Assembly: GCA_045590935.1 (NCBI GenBank)
Contig: JAZNSA010000139.1
Coordinates: 1 to 41,481 of the forward strand
Reading direction: 5' to 3'
DNA length: 41,481 nucleotides
Origin: Clostridia bacterium
GTDB lineage: Bacteria; Bacillota; Clostridia; UBA1381; UMGS1253
Of the stretch, positions 36,120 to 41,481 are shown piece by piece (position 1 is the first letter of the stretch; every line of letters begins with the position of its first letter). Position numbers and translations under genes: made by a program. The notes beneath the pieces are model-generated. The model made no database searches. It was given only the letters and a program-made list of their open reading frames with translations, and was not told where the DNA came from.

Positions 36120-36150
36120 AAGCTTTTAATTTGAATTTAAAGACAGAAAC

Positions 36151-36195
36151 GGCACTTTGCACAAATTGATATATGGCTTTTTGTGCAAAGTGCCA
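36151..36195 (+). terminator. Hairpin terminator after prfB
   Basis: ggcactttgcacaaa...tttgtgcaaagtgcc. Confidence 0.7.
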
Positions 36196-36232
36196 TTTGA
36201 CGTTTTGGGGAAACAAAAATTGCTAAAAAGCA

Positions 36233-36262
36233 TTGACAAACGCTACCGTTAAGTGGTACAAT
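36233..36262 (+). promoter_or_regulatory. Sigma-A promoter of the large surface protein
   Basis: TTGACA-18 nt-TACAAT with TG extension. Confidence 0.6.
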
Positions 36263-36323
36263 ATGAGTATTGGTAAATGATATTTACTATGTAAAAATAT
36301 ATTGAAAAAAAGGAGCGAAAAAA

Positions 36324-39300
36324 ATGAAGAAATTCAGAAAAATTTTGTCATTGATTTTGAGCATATCAATGCTTTTAACGATGACGCAGTTTGTTCTTCC
36401 AACGTCGGCTTCGGCGGAAGAGGTAACGGTAACTGATCTTAACCTGGGAGAAGTCGGAGATGGTAGCTCGGATAAGGCTATAACAATGTATGCTGGTGAT
36501 GCTACTATTGAGTATGACGTTGGGGGTATTGGAGGAAAAGCCAGTACGGATGTTGCATACAAAGTAAAAACCAATGCACCGGATGGTAACCGTGCGACGA
36601 ATAGGTATATAAAACCAGCTATTACAGTTCAGCACCCGACGTATCCGTCGGCTGTTAAAGATTGGGAGCTACTTATTTCGTTCGACTTTATGTTTACGAC
36701 GTCGTCCGACAGGTTTGATCTTGTGTTCTACAGTTTCCTCGAGGGAAAAACTGATTACACCCCTGGCAACTTCGAGGACCATTATGTTATATTTACTCCT
36801 GCGGGAATAAGTGGTAATTCTTCAATTACGATGGGTGGAATTTCTCTTAACCAATGGCACAGAGCTTCAATTTATATTCCAAACGGAGGATCGAATGAGA
36901 TTATAGTTTATCTTGATGGAACATCTTATGAGGGAAAGCTAAAAAAGGAAATGGCTTCTTTCGGAACAAGATCGGCATGGATATATCTTGTTGATGGGGA
37001 AATGAACTTTGATAATTATTGTATGGTTCAGGACACAGCATACAATCCTGCAGAAGATCGTGTTGCAGATGTTGACTTTACTGAAAATGAAAACTGCGAA
37101 TATACTCCAAATTCGGGAGTTATAGGTTTTAAGCGAAATGACGTTACGGTTGGCGATATTAAAGATGCAACTGTTTCTGTTGAGGGATACAAGCAGAGAT
37201 TTTATTCCGACAGTACATATACGACATTGTTAGAGGATACTGATGTTATTTCAAACAACACGGTTATGGTTTGGGAAAATGCCAAAGGCGTAATGAGATA
37301 CTACAGTTTTGATTATGATTCTAATTTGGAGCACCCGCCTGTTAATGAAACCTATTACAAAATTTCTAATAATCAGGACGGAACAGTAACGGTAACAGGC
37401 TTTGACCGCGATAAAATTACCGATGTCGACGACCTTAGTGCGATTTCTATTCCCGAATATATTGCAGGAGCTAAGGTTACTGCAATCGGAATCGAAGCAT
37501 TCAGAGACGAGCCCGAGATTCAAAGTGTTGTTATTGCAGATTCAGTTGAAACAATCGGAAACTATGCATTTTCAGGTGAGGCCGAAAATGGAGCTCCTAC
37601 AGGAAATCTGACAAGCGTTACTCTTCCAAAAAATCTTAAAACTATTGGTCCAGGTGCGTTTGCGAGAAATGGAAGACTTGCCGAGATTGAAATTCCTGAC
37701 GGAGTAGAGACAATCGGTGCAGAAGCCTTTTATTGGTCAGGTTTAACCTCAATAACAATTCCTAACTCTGTAACATCAATGGGCTTTGATGTTTTTAGAT
37801 TGTGCGGAAATCTTAAGTATGCTAAATTATCTGCAGGCCTTACAAGTATTCCAAAAGGAACGTTTACCTCTTGTGGCGGAATTGCAGAAATTGTTATCCC
37901 TGAAACAATAACAGGAGAGGAACTCCAGGGAGGAACATTTACCGAATATGATATTGACCTTACAATTTATGGTATAGAGGGAAGCTTTGCTGAAAGCTTT
38001 GCAAATGCCAACGGGTATGAATTTGTTGAGGTTTTAGGCGGAACAATAGTTTCTGACTCTAAGCTTTTGGGCGATGCGAAAAAGGTTATCAAAGGAACAG
38101 ATTATGATATAAAAACAGGCTTTGAAAAAATCAGCTTCAATGCTCAGCTTGCAAATATAGGCACAGATCCTGTCGAAGTTGTTACAACAATGACGCTTTA
38201 TGATGAGAGCGGTGAAGTTGTTGAAAGCGACGTACTTGAATCGGAAATTGCATCCGGCAAGGTTGCATTAATAAACGAAGAAAGTGATTTATTTGTTGAT
38301 GCGACAGGTATTAAAGACGGTTATAAAATAACAGTTACATTTGAAAAAAAATCAGATAATCTGAAGCTTTGCGATGATTATACTATAACCTTTGACGAAA
38401 GCTACAGAGAGATTCACGTTCTGGCAATCGCTAACAGCTTCTGTAACGATTCTTTCGGATATATCAATAACATAGCCGAGGCAGACGGCGTTCTTTTGCA
38501 CGTTCAGAATATGTATATCGGCGGTGCATCATTAACAAACCACTTTGACAATATGAAGTTTGACAAACCTGCATATCAGCCTATTGTTAATATGAAATAC
38601 GGCGAAGAAGGTTTGAAAATGAAGGATGCATTGCAGTCGGATAAGTGGGATGTTGTTGCACTTCAGTGCGCTACTCACGGGCTAAGTAACGACCTTGCTT
38701 TTGTTGACTACGAAACAGCAAATCATACTGTTGAAGAGAACGGCGAAATTGTTGCTTATACAACAGGTGAGATATATGAATTTATAAGAGACTATGTTGC
38801 TGAGTATGCTCCCGATGCAAAGAGAATGATGCATATGTCATGGGGCACTAACGACGAGACTTCAAGAACAATTTATAACAATAGATTCGCAGATGCAGGT
38901 GAATATCCTGCCGCAAGATTGGCAGTTTACAATTTGCATAAAGAAGCCTACCACTATGGTGCAAGCATCTTCTCAACAGAGGACCATATGCTTGTTCCTA
39001 CCTCTGAGGCAATTAAGTATGCTATAGATGATTTGGGCTTTGAAGAATATGTTGACGATTCTAATCTTAATGACATATATTATGATAGCAGTGCAAGAGC
39101 AATGTTTCGTGATACAACCAGCCACCTATCATTGCCATACGGACGTGTGCTTGCAGGACTTACGTGGTATGAGTATTTAACAGGAAACGACGTAAGAAAC
39201 AATCCATATCAGATTTCAGGAATACCAGAAAGTGATATGGCTCTCTTGAAGCAGGCTGCTCACTATGCTTGCTCAATGGCTGAATACAATCCTGAAACAG

Positions 39301-40319
39301 AAGAGGTTGAGATTGATATTTCTGCAATCGGCGGAACAATTAAAGCAAGCATAAACAGCGGTACTGAGGCTGACTTTGAAACAGGAAAGAAAGACACTTA
39401 CGCAGTTGGAACAGAAATTTCACTTACTGCAGTTCCAAGCGAGACATCAAAGTTCTTGTATTGGAAAGATAATTCTTCTAATGCAATCGTTTCAACAAAT
39501 GAAACATTTGAGTTTGTTGTTGGAACAAGCAGAGGCTATACAGCAGTATTTGCAGATAGCGATAATGGAGCTTATATAACATTTAGGGTAAATGGCAAAA
39601 TCGTTGCAAGCGGCTATAGCAACAGCGACAATGTAACAGTTCCTGCTGACCCGTATGCTATGGGCTACAAGTTTGAAAAGTGGTTCTGTAATGGAGAGGA
39701 AACAACAGTTCAAGCAGGAGATAGCGTTACAGCAGAGGAAAATGTTGAGTATGTTGCAGGATTTATTCTTGATTCAACGCAGTATGATGTATCAATAAAT
39801 GATGGTAACACTACTGCTACAGAAGCTTACAAGTACAATGAAGAGGTAACTGCAGAGGCTGCTGACAAGAGCGGCGAAGGCTTGGAATTTACTCATTGGG
39901 AGAAAGACGGCAAAATCGTAAGCTACAGTAAAACCTATACCTTCTATGTAAACGGCATAACATCGGTTGTTGCTAAGTATGCAAGCGAGGCGGCAGAAAA
40001 AGCCCCTGTTCTTGTTATGGCAAGTCCTGTTAAGATGGCAGACGTAGGAAAGATTGCATTCTACGCAGAGCGTGATATTCCTGCTAATTGTACGGTTATC
40101 GAAACGGGTATACTTCTTGACGAGGTTGCAGGTTCTAAGCTGGATACGGCAGGTGTTATAAAGAGCGTTGCAAAATCAAAGGCAAACAAAGGACAGTATA
40201 CAATCAGAAAGGTAAATGTTGAAACGGGCAATACATGGTATGGTAAGGCTTATGTTATATACAAAGACGGCGACAGCATTAAAACAATTTATTCTAACGA
40301 AGAAAGCTTAACTTTCTGA
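36324..40319 (+). CDS. Large secreted mosaic protein: beta-sandwich N-terminus, BspA-type LRRs, DUF4886/SGNH-like domain and C-terminal module shared with 4188-6101
   Basis: Signal peptide; VETIGNYAF/LKTIGPGAF/VETIGAEAF LRRs; VLAIANSF..YIGGASL..WDVVALQ..DTTSHL; C-terminal ETGILL..WYGKAYVIY..TIYS. Confidence 0.8.
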   Translation: MKKFRKILSLILSISMLLTMTQFVLPTSASAEEVTVTDLNLGEVGDGSSDKAITMYAGDATIEYDVGGIGGKASTDVAYKVKTNAPDGNRATNRYIKPAITVQHPTYPSAVKDWELLISFDFMFTTSSDRFDLVFYSFLEGKTDYTPGNFEDHYVIFTPAGISGNSSITMGGISLNQWHRASIYIPNGGSNEIIVYLDGTSYEGKLKKEMASFGTRSAWIYLVDGEMNFDNYCMVQDTAYNPAEDRVADVDFTENENCEYTPNSGVIGFKRNDVTVGDIKDATVSVEGYKQRFYSDSTYTTLLEDTDVISNNTVMVWENAKGVMRYYSFDYDSNLEHPPVNETYYKISNNQDGTVTVTGFDRDKITDVDDLSAISIPEYIAGAKVTAIGIEAFRDEPEIQSVVIADSVETIGNYAFSGEAENGAPTGNLTSVTLPKNLKTIGPGAFARNGRLAEIEIPDGVETIGAEAFYWSGLTSITIPNSVTSMGFDVFRLCGNLKYAKLSAGLTSIPKGTFTSCGGIAEIVIPETITGEELQGGTFTEYDIDLTIYGIEGSFAESFANANGYEFVEVLGGTIVSDSKLLGDAKKVIKGTDYDIKTGFEKISFNAQLANIGTDPVEVVTTMTLYDESGEVVESDVLESEIASGKVALINEESDLFVDATGIKDGYKITVTFEKKSDNLKLCDDYTITFDESYREIHVLAIANSFCNDSFGYINNIAEADGVLLHVQNMYIGGASLTNHFDNMKFDKPAYQPIVNMKYGEEGLKMKDALQSDKWDVVALQCATHGLSNDLAFVDYETANHTVEENGEIVAYTTGEIYEFIRDYVAEYAPDAKRMMHMSWGTNDETSRTIYNNRFADAGEYPAARLAVYNLHKEAYHYGASIFSTEDHMLVPTSEAIKYAIDDLGFEEYVDDSNLNDIYYDSSARAMFRDTTSHLSLPYGRVLAGLTWYEYLTGNDVRNNPYQISGIPESDMALLKQAAHYACSMAEYNPETEEVEIDISAIGGTIKASINSGTEADFETGKKDTYAVGTEISLTAVPSETSKFLYWKDNSSNAIVSTNETFEFVVGTSRGYTAVFADSDNGAYITFRVNGKIVASGYSNSDNVTVPADPYAMGYKFEKWFCNGEETTVQAGDSVTAEENVEYVAGFILDSTQYDVSINDGNTTATEAYKYNEEVTAEAADKSGEGLEFTHWEKDGKIVSYSKTYTFYVNGITSVVAKYASEAAEKAPVLVMASPVKMADVGKIAFYAERDIPANCTVIETGILLDEVAGSKLDTAGVIKSVAKSKANKGQYTIRKVNVETGNTWYGKAYVIYKDGDSIKTIYSNEESLTF

Positions 40320-40351
40320 TTAAATATTTGAAATTTGAATATTTAAAATCA

Positions 40352-40388
40352 AATAGGCGGATGCAAATTTTGCATCCGCCTATATTTT
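40352..40388. terminator. Bidirectional terminator
   Basis: ataggcggatgcaaa-t-tttgcatccgcctat. Confidence 0.85.
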
Positions 40389-40427
40389 GTATATTTGTAT
40401 TTTAGTTAAATTTGGAAGATTGAAATT

Positions 40428-41024
40428 TTATGCTTTTACATACCATGGAGATAATTCAAAGCGCATAAAAAAACCTTGGTCGTGCTTACAAACGGGGCAA
40501 ATTTCGGGCGCTTTTTCCGCAGAGTGAACATAGCCGCAGTTTAAACAAATCCAATCGCAAGAAACATCGGAAACAAAAAGCTTCCCTTCTTCAAGCAGAG
40601 TGGCATATTTTTTAAATCTTTCACCGTGAATTTTTTCGATTTTTGCTATGTTATGAAAGGCTGTTGATATTAATTGAAAGCCCTCTTCCTTTGCCGTATC
40701 GCCAAAGCTTTTGTATACACTGTCGTGCTCTTCAAATTCATTTCTTGATGCAAAGAGCAAAAGCTGCGAAACGGAGTTGCTTATATCAACGGGGTAGCCT
40801 CCGCTTATGTTTATATTTTCGCCCGCACTATCCTTTAGGAAATCATAAAAAACTTTTGCGTGAGCCATTTCCTGGTCGGCAGTAAAGTTAAAAATTTCCT
40901 GGATAACGTAAAGCTTTTGTGATTTTGCTTGGCTTGCCGCAATTCTATAGCGGTTTTGTGCTTGGCTTTCGCCTGCAAAAGCTCGCATAAGGTTTATTTT
41001 TGTTTCGCTGTTTTTAAAATCCAT
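40428..41024 (-). CDS. rbr: Rubrerythrin
   Basis: NLMRAFAGESQA, QEMAHA, IEKIH, WICLNCGY..CPVCKH rubredoxin-like domain; ATG 41024 after AAGGAG. Confidence 0.93.
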   Translation of the reverse strand: MDFKNSETKINLMRAFAGESQAQNRYRIAASQAKSQKLYVIQEIFNFTADQEMAHAKVFYDFLKDSAGENINISGGYPVDISNSVSQLLLFASRNEFEEHDSVYKSFGDTAKEEGFQLISTAFHNIAKIEKIHGERFKKYATLLEEGKLFVSDVSCDWICLNCGYVHSAEKAPEICPVCKHDQGFFMRFELSPWYVKA

Positions 41025-41159
41025 ATAAAAAACTCCTTTCTTGATATTGAGTAGTTTATGCAAAAAAATAGTCGTTATGCATTGAGGATTAAAAACATAA
41101 AAAGATATGAAAAAAAGACCGACAAAATCGGCCTTTAAATCAAAATCAAAAAAATTAAA

Positions 41160-41345
41160 TTAAATTCTTTCAACCTTACCTGAACGCAGACACCTGCTAC
41201 AAACGTTTACAGAAGTAGATGTTCCGTTAACCAATGCTCTAACCTTTCTAACGTTTGGTTTCCACATACGATTACTTCTTCTGTGAGAGTGGCTAACCTT
41301 TATACCAAATGTTACACCCTTACCGCATACTTCACACTTTGCCAT
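41160..41345 (-). CDS. rpmB: 50S ribosomal protein L28 (zinc-binding form)
   Basis: MAKCEVCGKG..SHSHRRSNRMWKPN..VCSRCLRSGKV. Confidence 0.97.
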   Translation of the reverse strand: MAKCEVCGKGVTFGIKVSHSHRRSNRMWKPNVRKVRALVNGTSTSVNVCSRCLRSGKVERI

Positions 41346-41481
41346 ATCTATCTACACCTCCCGAAAATTAACTGCATTAAAATATTCGTCTAAATAAAGA
41401 CTATTATAAAACACAAACTATTTTAACACATTTTTTAATTGAAATCAAGTCTTTTTTGAAAAAAACCTTAAAATTTTATCT

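Noticed and set aside
396-40885. Numerous 60-150-aa antisense or alternate-frame ORFs in the track
   Set aside because: They lie within or largely overlap well-supported genes and show no family motifs; interpreted as shadow ORFs
1-41481. Prophage, integrase, IS transposase, tRNA or rRNA genes
   Set aside because: None recognised; any enzyme acting on the hairpin arrays would have to be encoded outside this window

Overview
AT-rich chromosomal window from an anaerobic, probably gut-dwelling and spore-forming member of the Clostridia (inferred from gene content). Housekeeping and metabolic genes: a 2[4Fe-4S] ferredoxin missed by the ORF track, a TrmN6-like methyltransferase, rsmI, fba, corA, aroK, mnmA, apbE, galE, an N-terminal-only GlmU, trxB, yajC, a topoisomerase IV-like pair, prfB with its +1 frameshift, rubrerythrin and rpmB. 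There is also a fermentation/H2-sensing operon (adhE, a kinase, two 2Fe-2S ferredoxins, a PAS [FeFe]-hydrogenase, a PP2C phosphatase and a second [FeFe]-hydrogenase) with a Rex-like box and a possible LysR site, and a divergent 7alpha-HSDH-like/MFS pair. The most unusual signals are four. (1) Two dispersed copies of a promoter-led modular palindromic element (17998-18185 and 30392-30640) built from a constant 7-mer plus variable mini-hairpins, with nested compensatory pairing; a second array with the same layout but a different 7-mer (GCGATAT) abuts the first copy. (2) An enzyme-free three-gene type II cohesin / X-dockerin surface module. (3) A ~330-aa C-terminal module shared by two secreted proteins about 34 kb apart. 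(4) A candidate leader peptide in front of corA. Three deletion-truncated gene remnants are also visible. No tRNA, rRNA, CRISPR, integrase or transposase was recognised. All family assignments come from motif reading and recall, not database searches.
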